Positions 1 to 10,747 of a stretch of 64,000 nt of DNA are shown here, piece by piece. The notes beneath the pieces are model-generated. The model worked only from the letters and a program-made list of their open reading frames with translations. It searched no databases and was not told the DNA's origin. Origin of the DNA: an uncultured Phascolarctobacterium sp. Its GTDB lineage: Bacteria > Bacillota > Negativicutes > Acidaminococcales > Acidaminococcaceae. The number at the start of each line of letters is the position of its first letter. The stretch's first letter is position 1. The stretch covers positions 31,268 to 95,267 of the forward strand of contig NZ_CALDXR010000019.1 in assembly GCF_937920985.1 (NCBI RefSeq). The letters are read 5' to 3'. Both the position numbers and the translations under genes were made by a program.

Positions 1-1024
1 TAGCCTCACGGCCCTTAAGATCAGGCAGCTCAACAGGAATACGGCGGTCAAAACGTCCCGGACGCAGCAGCGCCTTGTCCAAAGATTCCGGACGGTTGGT
101 AGCTGCTAAGATGACTACGCCCTTGCTGCCGTCAAAGCCGTCCATTTCGCTCAGCAGCTGATTCAACGTCTGCTCGCGTTCATCATTGCCGCCGAACTGA
201 CCGTTATCACGGCGTTTACCGATAGCATCAATTTCATCGATAAATACTATGCAAGGTGCCTTTTCCTGCGCCTGTTTGAACAAATCGCGCACACGGGCAG
301 CGCCCATGCCGACGAACATTTCTACAAATTCACTGCCGCTGATGCTGAAGAACGGCACCTTGGCTTCGCCTGCTACCGCACGCGCCAGCAAGGTTTTACC
401 CGTACCGGGAGGGCCTACCAGCAATGCACCCTTCGGCATGTTGGCACCGATATCCTTGTACTTGCCGGGATTATGCAGAAAATCTACCAGCTCCATCAGC
501 GCTTCTTTGGCCTCATCCTGACCTGCTACATCGGCAAAGCTTTTGCCAGTCTGCGCTTCCACATAGACCTTGGCATTACTCTTGCCGAAGCTCATAGCGT
601 TACCGCCCATACGCTTGCCCATGAAGTACATAAATAACTGTCCCAAGCCAAAGAAAATCAGAATCGGCAGTACCCAATTTGTGAAAAATGTTACAAGCGG
701 ACTTTGTTCCTTAGGCACAACCTGCGTAAATTCTACCTTACTCTTCATCAGGCGGTTGGCCAGCTCCGGGTCCTCCACCCTGCCGGTAACATAAATTTCC
801 TTTTCGTTGTTCTTATCAACCGCAGCCAGACGCTTATCGGTAATTTCTACCTTAGATACCTTGCCTTCATCCACCATCTGAAGAAAATTATTATAGGAAA
901 CCTCCTTCATTTTCGGGTTGAAGAACATTGGCATGATTACGGAATTGAATACCAGAATCAAAACCAGCATCAGCATATAATAATACGTCAATGGCCGTTT
1001 TTTATCATTGTTATCGTTCATCAT
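1..1024 (-). CDS. ftsH: ATP-dependent zinc metalloprotease FtsH, N-terminal ~341 codons; the 3' end lies beyond the left window edge
   Basis: Reverse frame reads [12 protein letters not shown]..., hydrophobic segments, Walker [19 protein letters not shown], Walker [10 protein letters not shown], ...[29 protein letters not shown] at 1030-1035. Absent from the ORF track only because it runs off the edge. Confidence 0.9.
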   Translation of the reverse strand, partial: MMNDNNDKKRPLTYYYMLMLVLILVFNSVIMPMFFNPKMKEVSYNNFLQMVDEGKVSKVEITDKRLAAVDKNNEKEIYVTGRVEDPELANRLMKSKVEFTQVVPKEQSPLVTFFTNWVLPILIFFGLGQLFMYFMGKRMGGNAMSFGKSNAKVYVEAQTGKSFADVAGQDEAKEALMELVDFLHNPGKYKDIGANMPKGALLVGPPGTGKTLLARAVAGEAKVPFFSISGSEFVEMFVGMGAARVRDLFKQAQEKAPCIVFIDEIDAIGKRRDNGQFGGNDEREQTLNQLLSEMDGFDGSKGVVILAATNRPESLDKALLRPGRFDRRIPVELPDLKGREA

Positions 1025-1187
1025 TTCATCTCCTCGCTATGCTTTATAAGTATTATTGTATACCTATTTATAGCAATAAACAAACGAAAAAAATGTGAAG
1101 CTGATTGTATAGTCAACACAAAAAGTGTTAAAAAATCACACTCTCCCAGTCCCCTGCAAGAATACTTGTATACATGCGTCCTATCCC

Positions 1188-1216
1188 TTGAATTTACATG
1201 CCGTTTTCTATACAAT
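1188..1216 (+). promoter_or_regulatory. sigma-70-like promoter of pyc
   Basis: TTGAAT (1188-1193), 17-nt spacer, TACAAT (1211-1216), ~30 nt upstream of the AAGGAGG RBS. Confidence 0.5.
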
Positions 1217-1247
1217 TAGCATGTAACTATCTAAGGAGGTCAAACTT

Positions 1248-4200
1248 ATGCCTAAAATCAATACAGTTTTAGTTGCTAACCGCGGCGAAATCGCCATCCG
1301 TGTTTTTCGCGCCTGCAACGAATTAGGAATCCGTACTGTTGCTATATATTCCAAGGAGGACACCCTGTCCCTGCATCGCAACAAAGCCGACGAGGCCTAC
1401 ATGGTAGGCGAAGGCAAAAGTCCGACCGACGCTTATCTTGATATCGAAGACATTCTGCGCGTAGCTAAGGAACACGACGTAGATGCCATCCATCCAGGTT
1501 ATGGCTTTTTATCTGAAAACAGCAATTTAGCTCGCCGCTGTGCTGAGGAAGGACTGATTTTCATAGGCCCCCGTCTGGAGCACCTGGTAATGTTCGGCGA
1601 CAAAATCAACGCCCGTAAACAGGCCGAGCTGGCAGGCATCCCCATGATTCCCGGCAGCAAGGGCACAGTAAACAGCCTCGATGAGGTACTGGCCTTTGGT
1701 GAAAAATGCGGCTATCCTATCATCATTAAAGCAGTCAACGGCGGCGGCGGCCGTGGTATGCGCGTTGTTCACAGCGCCGAAGAGGCTGTAACTGCCTACG
1801 ACATGGCTAAAAGTGAAGCTAAAAAAGCCTTTGGCAATGATGAAATATATCTGGAAAAATATCTGCAGAACCCCAAGCACATTGAAGTGCAGATCATCGG
1901 TGATACCCACGGCAATTTAATGCATCTGTTCGAGCGCGACTGCTCCGTACAGCGCCGCCACCAGAAGCTGGTTGAAATTGCTCCGGCCTTCGCTCTGCCT
2001 ATAGAACAACGCAAAGCTATCTGCGCCGCTGCTGTCAAGCTGATGAAAAATGTTGACTACATCAGCGCCGGCACTGTAGAATTTTTGGCTACGCCTGACG
2101 GCAAGTTCTACTTCATTGAGGTTAATCCCCGCATTCAGGTTGAGCACACCGTTACCGAGCAGATTACCGGTATAGACATTGTGCAGACACAAATCAAGAT
2201 TGCCGAGGGCTACAACCTGCACGGTCTGGAAATCGCCCTGCCGCAGCAAGATGAGCTGACCACTATCGGCCATGCTATCCAATGCCGTATTACCACTGAG
2301 GACCCGTCCAACAACTTTATGCCAGATACCGGCAAGCTGATTACCTACCGCAGCGGCGGCGGCTTCGGCATCCGTCTGGACGGTGGCAATGCCTTCACCG
2401 GCTCCGTCATTACTCCGTACTACGATTCTCTGCTGGTTAAGGCTACCACCTGGGGCCTTACGCACCAGATTGCAATTACCAAGATGCTACGCTGCTTAAA
2501 AGAATTCCGTATCCGCGGCGTTAAGACTAATATCAAATTTTTGGAAAATGTACTGCAGAACCCGCATTTCATCAAGGGCGATTACACAACCGACTTTGTT
2601 GACAATACACCGGAGCTGTTCGTCTTCGAAAAAACACTGGACCGTGGTAATAAGCTGCTGAACTATATTGCTGATATCACCGTCAACGGCTATTCCAACG
2701 TCGGCGTACAGCCGAAGCCGGACTTCGCCCCTCTGAATATGCCCAAACCCTACAACGGCATTCTGGCGTTGGGTGCTAAGCACGTTCTGGATACCCGCGG
2801 ACCTGAAGGTCTGGCTGAATGGGTACTGGCACAGCAGGAGGTTCTGCTCACCGACACCACCTTCCGTGATGCGCATCAGTCCCTCTTTGCAACCCGTCTG
2901 CGTACTGCCGATATGCTGCGCGTTATGCGCGACACCGCCGGCAAACTGCCCGGACTCTTCTCCTTTGAATGCTGGGGCGGCGCTACCTTTGACGTAGCAT
3001 ATCGCTTCCTCGATGAAAGCCCCTGGCAGCGTCTGGCACAGTTCCGTCAGGCTGCACCGAACATTCTCTTCCAGATGCTGCTGCGCGGTGCCAACGCCGT
3101 AGGCTACACCAGCTATCCGGATAATGTTGTTAAGCAGTTCATCAAGCTGGCAGCCAAGAACGGTATCGACGTTTTCCGTATCTTCGACAGCCTCAACGGT
3201 CTGGACAATATGCGCCTGTCCATTGACACCGTCCGCGAATGCGGTAAGGTGGCAGAGGCAGCACTGTGCTACACCGGTGATATTCTCGACCCCAACCGCG
3301 ATAAATACGATTTGCATTACTACATCAATATGGCTAAGGAGCTGGAAAAAGCCGGCGCCAACATCATCGCCATCAAGGATATGGCCGGCCTGCTGAAACC
3401 GGAAGCAGCTTACCGCCTTGTAAGCAGCCTCAAATCCTATGTCAACGTGCCTATTCATCTGCACACCCACGAGGGCAGCGGCAACGCTATCTACACCTAC
3501 GCGCGTGCAATTGATGCCGGCGTTGATATCGTAGATACTGCTATGAGCGCTATGAGCAACGGTACCTCCCAACCCAGCGGCAGCAGCCTGTACTACGCTC
3601 TCAGCGGCCATCCGCGCCAACCGCGTCTTGATGTAGATGCTATGAACGAGCTGTCCCGTTATTGGGAAACCGTGCGCCCCTACTACAAGGCAGCCGACAG
3701 AACCGAAAACTTCCCCAACCCCGAGGTCTACGTACACGAAATGCCTGGCGGACAATATACCAACCTCAAGCAGCAGGCGCAGGCTCTGGGCCTCATCCAT
3801 CGCTGGGAGGAAATCAAGGATATGTATCACCGCGTATCCATGATGTTCGGCGATTTAATCAAGGTTACTCCGTCCTCCAAGGTTGTCGGTGATATGGCAC
3901 TCTTCATGGTGCAGAACGACCTGACGGAAGAAGACGTTTACGCTAAGGGCGATATTCTGGACTTCCCGGCCTCCGTTGTGGAATTCTTCGAAGGACGCAT
4001 CGGCACTCCGTACCAGGGCTTCCCCGAAAAGCTGCAGAAGCTGGTGCTCAAGGGACGCACTCCCATCAGCGAGCGTCCGGGCGCTGTCCTGCCTCCGGTA
4101 GATTTTGAGGATGTACGTGCTAAGCTCAAGGAGCTGGATGCACCTACTACGGACGAAGCAGTGAGCGCTTACTGCCTCTATCCGAAAGTATTCACCGACT

Positions 4201-4688
4201 GGGTAAACCGTTACAACCAATTCGGTGATGTATCCGTTCTCGATACTCCTACCTTCTTCTTCGGCATGACGCCGGGCGAGGTTATCAAGGTTGAGATTGA
4301 ACAGGGCAAAGTGCTCGTTATCAAGCTGGACCACATCTCCGAAGCCAACGCTGCCGGTATGCGTACCGTCTTCTTCGAATTCAACGGTCTGCCGCGTGAA
4401 ATCGAAATCAAGGACCGCAACGCCAAAACTACCACTGTTACCCGCAAGAAAGCCGAAAAAGGCAATATGGGTGAAATCGGCGCTTCCCTTTCCGGCTCCG
4501 TTGTCAAGGTGCTGGTAGAAAAGGGCCAGTCCGTTACCAAAGGCACTCCGCTGATTGTTACCGAAGCTATGAAGATGGAAACCACGCTTTCGGCACCGAT
4601 TTCCGGCATCGTCAGCGCTATCCATGTAGCTGCAGGCGAACGCGTAGAAAGCGGCGACTGCCTCCTGGAAATCAAAACTCAAATGTAA
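1248..4688 (+). CDS. pyc: pyruvate carboxylase (biotin carboxylase + carboxyltransferase + biotinyl domain)
   Basis: 1146-aa ORF. N-terminus MPKINTVLVANRGEIAIRVFRACNELGI (biotin carboxylase), HLHTHEGSGN carboxyltransferase region, C-terminal EAMKMETT biotin attachment motif. Strong RBS. Confidence 0.95.
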   Translation: MPKINTVLVANRGEIAIRVFRACNELGIRTVAIYSKEDTLSLHRNKADEAYMVGEGKSPTDAYLDIEDILRVAKEHDVDAIHPGYGFLSENSNLARRCAEEGLIFIGPRLEHLVMFGDKINARKQAELAGIPMIPGSKGTVNSLDEVLAFGEKCGYPIIIKAVNGGGGRGMRVVHSAEEAVTAYDMAKSEAKKAFGNDEIYLEKYLQNPKHIEVQIIGDTHGNLMHLFERDCSVQRRHQKLVEIAPAFALPIEQRKAICAAAVKLMKNVDYISAGTVEFLATPDGKFYFIEVNPRIQVEHTVTEQITGIDIVQTQIKIAEGYNLHGLEIALPQQDELTTIGHAIQCRITTEDPSNNFMPDTGKLITYRSGGGFGIRLDGGNAFTGSVITPYYDSLLVKATTWGLTHQIAITKMLRCLKEFRIRGVKTNIKFLENVLQNPHFIKGDYTTDFVDNTPELFVFEKTLDRGNKLLNYIADITVNGYSNVGVQPKPDFAPLNMPKPYNGILALGAKHVLDTRGPEGLAEWVLAQQEVLLTDTTFRDAHQSLFATRLRTADMLRVMRDTAGKLPGLFSFECWGGATFDVAYRFLDESPWQRLAQFRQAAPNILFQMLLRGANAVGYTSYPDNVVKQFIKLAAKNGIDVFRIFDSLNGLDNMRLSIDTVRECGKVAEAALCYTGDILDPNRDKYDLHYYINMAKELEKAGANIIAIKDMAGLLKPEAAYRLVSSLKSYVNVPIHLHTHEGSGNAIYTYARAIDAGVDIVDTAMSAMSNGTSQPSGSSLYYALSGHPRQPRLDVDAMNELSRYWETVRPYYKAADRTENFPNPEVYVHEMPGGQYTNLKQQAQALGLIHRWEEIKDMYHRVSMMFGDLIKVTPSSKVVGDMALFMVQNDLTEEDVYAKGDILDFPASVVEFFEGRIGTPYQGFPEKLQKLVLKGRTPISERPGAVLPPVDFEDVRAKLKELDAPTTDEAVSAYCLYPKVFTDWVNRYNQFGDVSVLDTPTFFFGMTPGEVIKVEIEQGKVLVIKLDHISEANAAGMRTVFFEFNGLPREIEIKDRNAKTTTVTRKKAEKGNMGEIGASLSGSVVKVLVEKGQSVTKGTPLIVTEAMKMETTLSAPISGIVSAIHVAAGERVESGDCLLEIKTQM

Positions 4689-4707
4689 ATTATATACGCT
4701 TAAAATT

Positions 4708-4757
4708 AAGGCTGCTGACGTGGTGGATTTCCACCACTACAGCAGCCTTATTTTTTT
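4708..4757 (+). terminator. rho-independent terminator after pyc
   Basis: AAGGCTGCTG...CAGCAGCCTT stem with inner GTGGTGG/CCACCAC, followed by TATTTTTTT. Confidence 0.8.
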
Positions 4758-4859
4758 GCTGGTCATTATTTTTGCTCTATGTTATGATATAGTTATTCTT
4801 TGCTTTTTTAAGAACAGCATTATTTGCTGCAAGACATATTTTTATTACGAGGTGAGCAC

Positions 4860-6389
4860 ATGAAACAGACAATCTATCAATTCGTAAACAGCCATCTGGA
4901 CGAGCATGGCCGCTTTACAGCTACTGACCTGTGCGATGACCGCTACGCCACCATTCCCCGTCCCCTTGGCTCCGAAGATGCCTTTCACTATACAATGGGC
5001 AACCTGCCCAATCCCAATTCCGCCAGTGTGCTGCTCAAGCTTCTGCAAGCTTATATGCAGGAGCCTACAACCCAGCAACGCAGCAGACTGTACAATGAGC
5101 TGAAGGGCATGGCCTTCGCGGAATATTGCGACCCCTTTATTGAAGCCTTAGACCAAAATGACATTAACGCCGTAGCCTATGACCTGGCGCGCCGCTTTTT
5201 CTACAACGCAGATGGACGTGAGCAGGTAAAATTTGCTATCTTGATTTTCGGTATGTACGGCATGGAAAAAATTTGTCATCAGGATCAGAAGCTTTGGCAG
5301 GATTTGCTGCGCATAGCACACTGCGAAGAATTTACCTTCGCCTTTTTATATGCCTGCCGCATAACCAACTTTAACCCGCAAAACGCTATTTGGGAGCTTA
5401 TCCACTGCACCAGCGGCTGGGGTAAGGTTTTCAGCATTATCGACTGCCACTGCCGCGATGAGGAAGAACGCCTCTGGCTATTGCAAAACGGACCGGACAT
5501 CGACGTAGAATATCCACCGCTCTCCGTAAAATTCATCCGTGAAACACATTTGGAAGAACTGGTAGCGCAACCGCTCAGCTACGAGAATTATAAAAATGCA
5601 ATTTTCATCGTAGGCAATTATCTGGTTATGCTTAACCACTTCCCGGCAGAGGTGATTGAAGAGCAGTTCAATATCAGCGACATCCATCTGAACAAGCTGC
5701 TTACCTGTCTGCTTGACCAGGCTGAAGCGCATGTCAGCAAGCCGGAAGACGTGCTTGATTTAATCAGCTATGTTACAACACTGCAGGACCTTTGCAAAGA
5801 ACAGAATCATATGCAGTTGACCTTCAACCAATGTCAGGAGCAGATTGCAGCCTGCGAAAAAATCATCTACAGCAAGGACTGGCAGCCAGAAATTGACAGC
5901 GATTTAATCAAGGACGATAAGCTTGATTATCAGCTGTGCAATCTGGCAGTAGAGCTGGATATAGACGTATGGCCAAGGCTTTTCGATTTTTGGCTGGCGC
6001 ATCCGGATGAAACACCGCTGTTCCCCTACCTGCTTTCCTACGAGGGCGAAGGGCGTTCCGAGCGTGTGCTGCGGCAAATTGAAGCAGATCTGCCGCGCTA
6101 CTGCGTAGAGCAAAACGACCTGCTGGTACCGCTGCGCTATCTCAACACACATCCCGGCCAGAGTGATGCCATTATCTGCGCTGCCTTGGAATCCATCTTC
6201 GATTTGCCACGTGGCATCGCCTGCGGCATCATCGATGACTGGGGCCAGGAATTCATCACGCCTGCCATCCGCCACTCGCTGCTTAAGGCACGTCAGCTCA
6301 GCAACAATGAGGTGGTCACTGCACGTATCGACTGCCTGCTGGCAGGCAAGCATTTCGACATCGGCAAATTTCTCCACAACCGCAAATAA
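4860..6389 (+). CDS. hypothetical cytoplasmic protein, 509 aa, no family recognised
   Basis: Track ORF 4824-6389 trimmed to ATG 4860 (MKQTIYQF...), which follows GAGGTGAG. Host-like codon usage. No motifs I can name. Confidence 0.6.
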   Translation: MKQTIYQFVNSHLDEHGRFTATDLCDDRYATIPRPLGSEDAFHYTMGNLPNPNSASVLLKLLQAYMQEPTTQQRSRLYNELKGMAFAEYCDPFIEALDQNDINAVAYDLARRFFYNADGREQVKFAILIFGMYGMEKICHQDQKLWQDLLRIAHCEEFTFAFLYACRITNFNPQNAIWELIHCTSGWGKVFSIIDCHCRDEEERLWLLQNGPDIDVEYPPLSVKFIRETHLEELVAQPLSYENYKNAIFIVGNYLVMLNHFPAEVIEEQFNISDIHLNKLLTCLLDQAEAHVSKPEDVLDLISYVTTLQDLCKEQNHMQLTFNQCQEQIAACEKIIYSKDWQPEIDSDLIKDDKLDYQLCNLAVELDIDVWPRLFDFWLAHPDETPLFPYLLSYEGEGRSERVLRQIEADLPRYCVEQNDLLVPLRYLNTHPGQSDAIICAALESIFDLPRGIACGIIDDWGQEFITPAIRHSLLKARQLSNNEVVTARIDCLLAGKHFDIGKFLHNRK

Positions 6390-6446
6390 GCAAACTACAG
6401 CCCAAAAGCTGCCTATCCAGACAATAAAACTGCAGCGCATAAAGCA

Positions 6447-6491
6447 AAACCGGTTTCCTACTAGCTTAAAAGCCAAGGAAACCGGTTTTTT
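6447..6491 (+). terminator. hairpin terminator between convergent genes (probably bidirectional)
   Basis: AAAACCGGTTTCC...GGAAACCGGTTTTTT. An A-run upstream and a T-run downstream. Confidence 0.7.
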
Positions 6492-6509
6492 ATATGCACT
6501 TATTTACTT

Positions 6510-7499
6510 TTAGCCGCAATAGCCATGCGGATGGCCCTTATGCCACTTCCACGCAGTGCTGATAACCTCATCTACACTGCTGTGCTGCGGCTCCCAACCC
6601 AGCTCCTCACGAATTTTAGCCGAAGAAGCAATGAGCACTGCGGGATCACCGGCACGACGCGCCTCCTCCACAACGGGGAAGTCAACGCCGGTAACCTTTT
6701 TGGCGCTGTCAATCATCTGGCGTACACTGAAGCCGTTTTCACTGCCCAGATTATACACACGGCTGCTGCCGCCGCTCAAAAGATGTTTGAGTGCCAGCAC
6801 ATGTGCCTTCGCCAAATCGCAGACATGAATATAATCACGCACGCATGTACCGTCAGCCGTCGGATAGTCGGTACCGAAGATAGAAACCTGCTTACGCACG
6901 CCCTGCGCTGTTTTCAGAATCAGCGGAATCAGATGGCTTTCGGGACTGTGGTCCTCGCCGATATCGCGCGTCGGGGAAGCACCTGCAGCGTTAAAATAAC
7001 GCAAAGCCACATAACGCATATCATAGGCATTGTCATAATCCGCCAGCATGCCTTCAATCGCCAGTTTGGTACGGCCGTAAACGTTGGTCGGTGCCAGACG
7101 GCTGTCCTCGGTAATAGGTACTGCTTCCGGCTCACCGTAAACAGCTGCGGTAGAAGAAAATACCATGCGGTCCACACCGGCACCACGCATAGCCTCTAAA
7201 AGATGCAGGCTGCCTTCAACATTGTTAAAATAATATTTCGCCGGGTCGGTCATAGATTCACCTACCAGACTGCTGGCAGCAAAATGAATTACCGCGTCAA
7301 TTTTAAACTGCTCCATGATATGCTTGGCAAAACGCACATCATGGATATCACCCTCTACCAGCTGCACCTCGTCCGGCACAGCTGCCTCATGGCCGGTAGA
7401 AAAATTATCATAAACAATAGGAGTAAAGCCGCTCTTTTGCAGCTCCTCCACTACATGGGAGCCAATATAACCTGCTCCGCCGGTAACAAGGATATTCAT
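6510..7499 (-). CDS. galE: UDP-glucose 4-epimerase
   Basis: 329 aa. MNILVTGGAGYIGSHVV Rossmann N-terminus and a YGRTK catalytic motif typical of GalE. Confidence 0.9.
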   Translation of the reverse strand: MNILVTGGAGYIGSHVVEELQKSGFTPIVYDNFSTGHEAAVPDEVQLVEGDIHDVRFAKHIMEQFKIDAVIHFAASSLVGESMTDPAKYYFNNVEGSLHLLEAMRGAGVDRMVFSSTAAVYGEPEAVPITEDSRLAPTNVYGRTKLAIEGMLADYDNAYDMRYVALRYFNAAGASPTRDIGEDHSPESHLIPLILKTAQGVRKQVSIFGTDYPTADGTCVRDYIHVCDLAKAHVLALKHLLSGGSSRVYNLGSENGFSVRQMIDSAKKVTGVDFPVVEEARRAGDPAVLIASSAKIREELGWEPQHSSVDEVISTAWKWHKGHPHGYCG

Positions 7500-7502
7500 C
7501 GC

Positions 7503-8384
7503 TTATTTGCTCTCCTTGGCAACGATTCCCTGCAGATAATCCAGAAACTTGTCACGCAGGTCAGGACGCTTCAGCGCCATTTCTACAGTTGCCTCCAAGA
7601 AGCCCTGCTTATCACCCACATCATAGCGACGTCCTTCAAAATCATAAGCATACATTGCCTGCTCTTTAGCCAAAACCTTGAGTGCATCAGTCAATTGGAT
7701 TTCATTACCGCGACCAGGCTCAGTTTTTTCCAGAATCGGGAAAATTTCCGGGGTAATTACATAACGTCCCAAAACAGCCAGACGGGAAGGCGCTTCTTCT
7801 ACCGCAGGCTTTTCTACCATATCATTTACCTTAACAGTGCGTGCTTCACCAGTCGGTTCACCGGCAACAATGCCATAAGCAGATACTTTCTCCTGCGGCA
7901 CCTCCTGCACACCTAAAACGCTGGCACCGGTTTTATCATAGACATCGATCAGCTGCTTCAGCGCAGGCACCTGGCTGTCAACAACGTCGTCACCCAGCAA
8001 TACAGCAAAGGGTTCATCGCCCACAAAATGCTTAGCGCACAAAATAGCATGGCCAAGTCCACGCGGTTCCTTTTGGCGGATATAGTGAATGCGAATATCA
8101 GAAATTTTGCGAACCAGCTCCAGCTCCTTGATTTTGCCGCTGGCCTCCAGGTTCAGCTCCAGCTCGATGCTGCGGTCGAAATGGTCTTCAATGGCACGCT
8201 TGCTGCGGCCGGTAATAATCAGGATATCCTCAATGCCGGAAGCAAGAGCCTCTTCGATAATATATTGGATGGTCGGTTTATCAACAATAGGCAGCATCTC
8301 CTTCGGAGTTGCTTTGGTAGCAGGCAAAAAGCGTGTGCCCAGGCCTGCTGCCGGAATAACGGCTTTACGTACAGGTTTAAACAT
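7503..8384 (-). CDS. galU: UTP-glucose-1-phosphate uridylyltransferase
   Basis: 293 aa. KAVIPAAGLGTRFLPATKATPKEMLPIVDKPTIQYIIEEA is the GalU signature N-terminus. Confidence 0.9.
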   Translation of the reverse strand: MFKPVRKAVIPAAGLGTRFLPATKATPKEMLPIVDKPTIQYIIEEALASGIEDILIITGRSKRAIEDHFDRSIELELNLEASGKIKELELVRKISDIRIHYIRQKEPRGLGHAILCAKHFVGDEPFAVLLGDDVVDSQVPALKQLIDVYDKTGASVLGVQEVPQEKVSAYGIVAGEPTGEARTVKVNDMVEKPAVEEAPSRLAVLGRYVITPEIFPILEKTEPGRGNEIQLTDALKVLAKEQAMYAYDFEGRRYDVGDKQGFLEATVEMALKRPDLRDKFLDYLQGIVAKESK

Positions 8385-8479
8385 TTAATCTTATCTCCTT
8401 TACAGACTCAAATGAAATATATGCATAGCAGCAACGCTGCAGGCAGTGCTTTACGAAAAAACACGGATACTCAGGAAAG

Positions 8480-9850
8480 TTAAGCTTCTTCGCCGCCAAT
8501 AACTTCCAATAATTCTGCTGTCTTCGCAGCAAGCAGCTCCTTATCACCCTTAGTTTCTACGTTCAGGCGCATTACAGGCTCCGTATTGGATACACGCACA
8601 TTAAAGCGCCAGTTATCATAAGCAACGCTCAGGCCGTCCAGGTGATCCTGCTCGCCGTCAGCATATTTTTTGCCCAGCTCTGCCAGTACTGCTGCGGAAT
8701 CAGCAACCTTGCGGTTTATTTCACCGCTGCAGGGATACATAGCAACGCGCTCGCCTACCAGCTCGCTGAGCTTTTTACCGCTGCGGCACATCAGCTCAGT
8801 TACCAGTAGCCAGGGAATCATGCCGCTGTCGCAGCAGGAGAAATCGCGGAAATAATGATGCGCGCTCATTTCGCCACCGTACAGAACGTCATTATTACGC
8901 ATGCATTCCTTCATAAAGGCATGCCCGCTCTTGCAGCGCACAGGCACACCGCCGTCACGCTGTAAAATAGCTTCGGTGTTCCAGGTCAGGCGCGGGTCGA
9001 ACATAATCTTTGCGCCCGGCTCCTTGTGCAGGAAAACCTCCGCCAGCAGGCCGACAATGTAATAGCCTTCGATAAAATCTGCCTTCTCGTCAAAGAGGAA
9101 GCAGCGGTCGAAATCACCGTCCCAGGCAATACCCAAATCAGCACCGCTCTCACGCACAACCTTCGCTGTAGCCTCACGGTTGGGCAGCAGCAGCGGGTTG
9201 GGTACACCATTGGGGAAGGTGCCGTCCGGCGTTTCGTTCAGCGTAATAAATTCAAACGGCAAATGCTTTGCCAGCTCCTTTAAAATCGGACCAGCTCCGC
9301 CGTTGCCGGGGTTAGCAACAATCTTCATCGGTTTGAGCACACTCGTATCAACGTAGGTCAGCAAATGCTCAATATAAGCAGGCATAATATCCAGCTGCTC
9401 CAAAGCACCCATAGTCTTGCCTGCTACCACCTGATGCGCAAACTCTTTAGTTGTCGCAACCATCTCGCCAATTTCCTTCAGACCGGTATCACTGGAAACA
9501 GGACGTGCATCACGACGCACCAGCTTCATGCCATTGTATTCCTTAGGATTATGGCTGGCAGTAACCATAATACCGCCATCTGCTTTCAGATGCGCGGTAG
9601 CAAAATAAATCATTTCCGTACCACACTGACCGATATCAATAACCCTGGTGCCGCCATGGCGCAGACCTTCTGTCAGCGCATCAACCAATGCTCTGCCGCT
9701 CAGGCGGATATCATGGCCGACAACAACAGTTTCTGCAGCAAACATTGCTGAAAAAATGCGTCCCATACGGTAAGCCATTTCCTCATTAACCTCTGTAGGG
9801 TAAACGCCGCGTACATCGTAGGCCTTAAAAGCCTTATTCGTAACTTGCAT
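8480..9850 (-). CDS. phosphomannomutase/phosphoglucomutase (alpha-D-phosphohexomutase family)
   Basis: 456 aa. Active-site TASHNPKEYNGMKL and a metal loop GIAWDGDFDR. Confidence 0.85.
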   Translation of the reverse strand: MQVTNKAFKAYDVRGVYPTEVNEEMAYRMGRIFSAMFAAETVVVGHDIRLSGRALVDALTEGLRHGGTRVIDIGQCGTEMIYFATAHLKADGGIMVTASHNPKEYNGMKLVRRDARPVSSDTGLKEIGEMVATTKEFAHQVVAGKTMGALEQLDIMPAYIEHLLTYVDTSVLKPMKIVANPGNGGAGPILKELAKHLPFEFITLNETPDGTFPNGVPNPLLLPNREATAKVVRESGADLGIAWDGDFDRCFLFDEKADFIEGYYIVGLLAEVFLHKEPGAKIMFDPRLTWNTEAILQRDGGVPVRCKSGHAFMKECMRNNDVLYGGEMSAHHYFRDFSCCDSGMIPWLLVTELMCRSGKKLSELVGERVAMYPCSGEINRKVADSAAVLAELGKKYADGEQDHLDGLSVAYDNWRFNVRVSNTEPVMRLNVETKGDKELLAAKTAELLEVIGGEEA

Positions 9851-9929
9851 TTGTCTATACTCCTTTTTTACATTGTATTTAGCAAAATTTCATTGTTCAA
9901 GAACCATTTTATATTATTCTTCATCCAAC

Positions 9930-9962
9930 AAAAAAATCCTGCCTGCATTGCAGACAGGATTT
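9930..9962 (-). terminator. rho-independent terminator after ptuB
   Basis: Minus strand reads ATCCTGTCTGCAATGCAGGCAGGAT followed by TTTTTTT. Confidence 0.75.
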
Positions 9963-9967
9963 AAACG

Positions 9968-10747
9968 CTACAGCTTAGCACCACTCGAACGGATAACTTC
10001 TTCCGCTGCCTCTCCCAGATACCAACGGATAACAGAAAAGAACGGCAGCGTCACGCCATTATAATCAGGCAGCAGACAGATAGTTGCCAGCATTTCCAGC
10101 ACTTCATCCAGTTCACGGCCCTTACTAAGCTCCTCACTTATCTGGTCCTCCAGCGTATGGATAACCTCTCGGCGCATGCGCATCAAACGCGGCGCGTTCA
10201 AGTTCAGCTCGCGGATAGTGCTGCGCGCCTTGTTTTGCAGCTCCTTCGGGCAGGTATCTTCGTCTACATACATCCGCCCGCTATGCTCGGCATAACGGAA
10301 CAGGCGGATTTTGCCGGGAATCTTCAGCGGATTGAGAATATAGTTTGTAATTTCACGCCCACCCTTGGGCACATCGCAGCTGCGGTCACGCTTCTGGCTG
10401 GAATAGCGCCACTCGGGATCAGGCACGTAAGGCTGACTGCCGCCGTGGCACACGCCCAACAGATTGCGCCAATCCAGATGATAGTTGTGTCCATGCTCCT
10501 GCGTGGCATTTTTCGGATAAAAATGCTCTACGCGGAAGTCGTCAACCTCGCCTTCCTCCTCCGCCAGCTTAATGCCTACCTCACAATAGGCGCAAAGGCC
10601 GTGCTGGTCACGCAAGATTGCTTCCCGCACCTGTTTGTAGCCCTTGCGGCAGCGACGACGGAAATGCTCCCAGGTTTCCTCGGGATTACGCAGGCGATAC
10701 TGCCTAAGCATCTCCGGCTCTTCCTTGCTTTTATAAACACGTTTCAT
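9968..10747 (-). CDS. ptuB: HNH-type nuclease of a Septu-like defence pair (PtuB-like, TIGR02646-like)
   Basis: 259 aa. HGLCAYCE...RVEHFYPKN...NLLGVCHGG HNH-like Cys/His pattern. Its start overlaps the upstream ATPase stop (ATGA at 10744-10747). Confidence 0.65.
   Translation of the reverse strand: MKRVYKSKEEPEMLRQYRLRNPEETWEHFRRRCRKGYKQVREAILRDQHGLCAYCEVGIKLAEEEGEVDDFRVEHFYPKNATQEHGHNYHLDWRNLLGVCHGGSQPYVPDPEWRYSSQKRDRSCDVPKGGREITNYILNPLKIPGKIRLFRYAEHSGRMYVDEDTCPKELQNKARSTIRELNLNAPRLMRMRREVIHTLEDQISEELSKGRELDEVLEMLATICLLPDYNGVTLPFFSVIRWYLGEAAEEVIRSSGAKL

Noticed and set aside
2496-3830. 444-aa minus-strand ORF (and several others at 1527-4682) inside pyc
   Set aside because: These are antisense shadow ORFs of a confidently identified gene. 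They have low-complexity, unrecognisable translations and no RBS.
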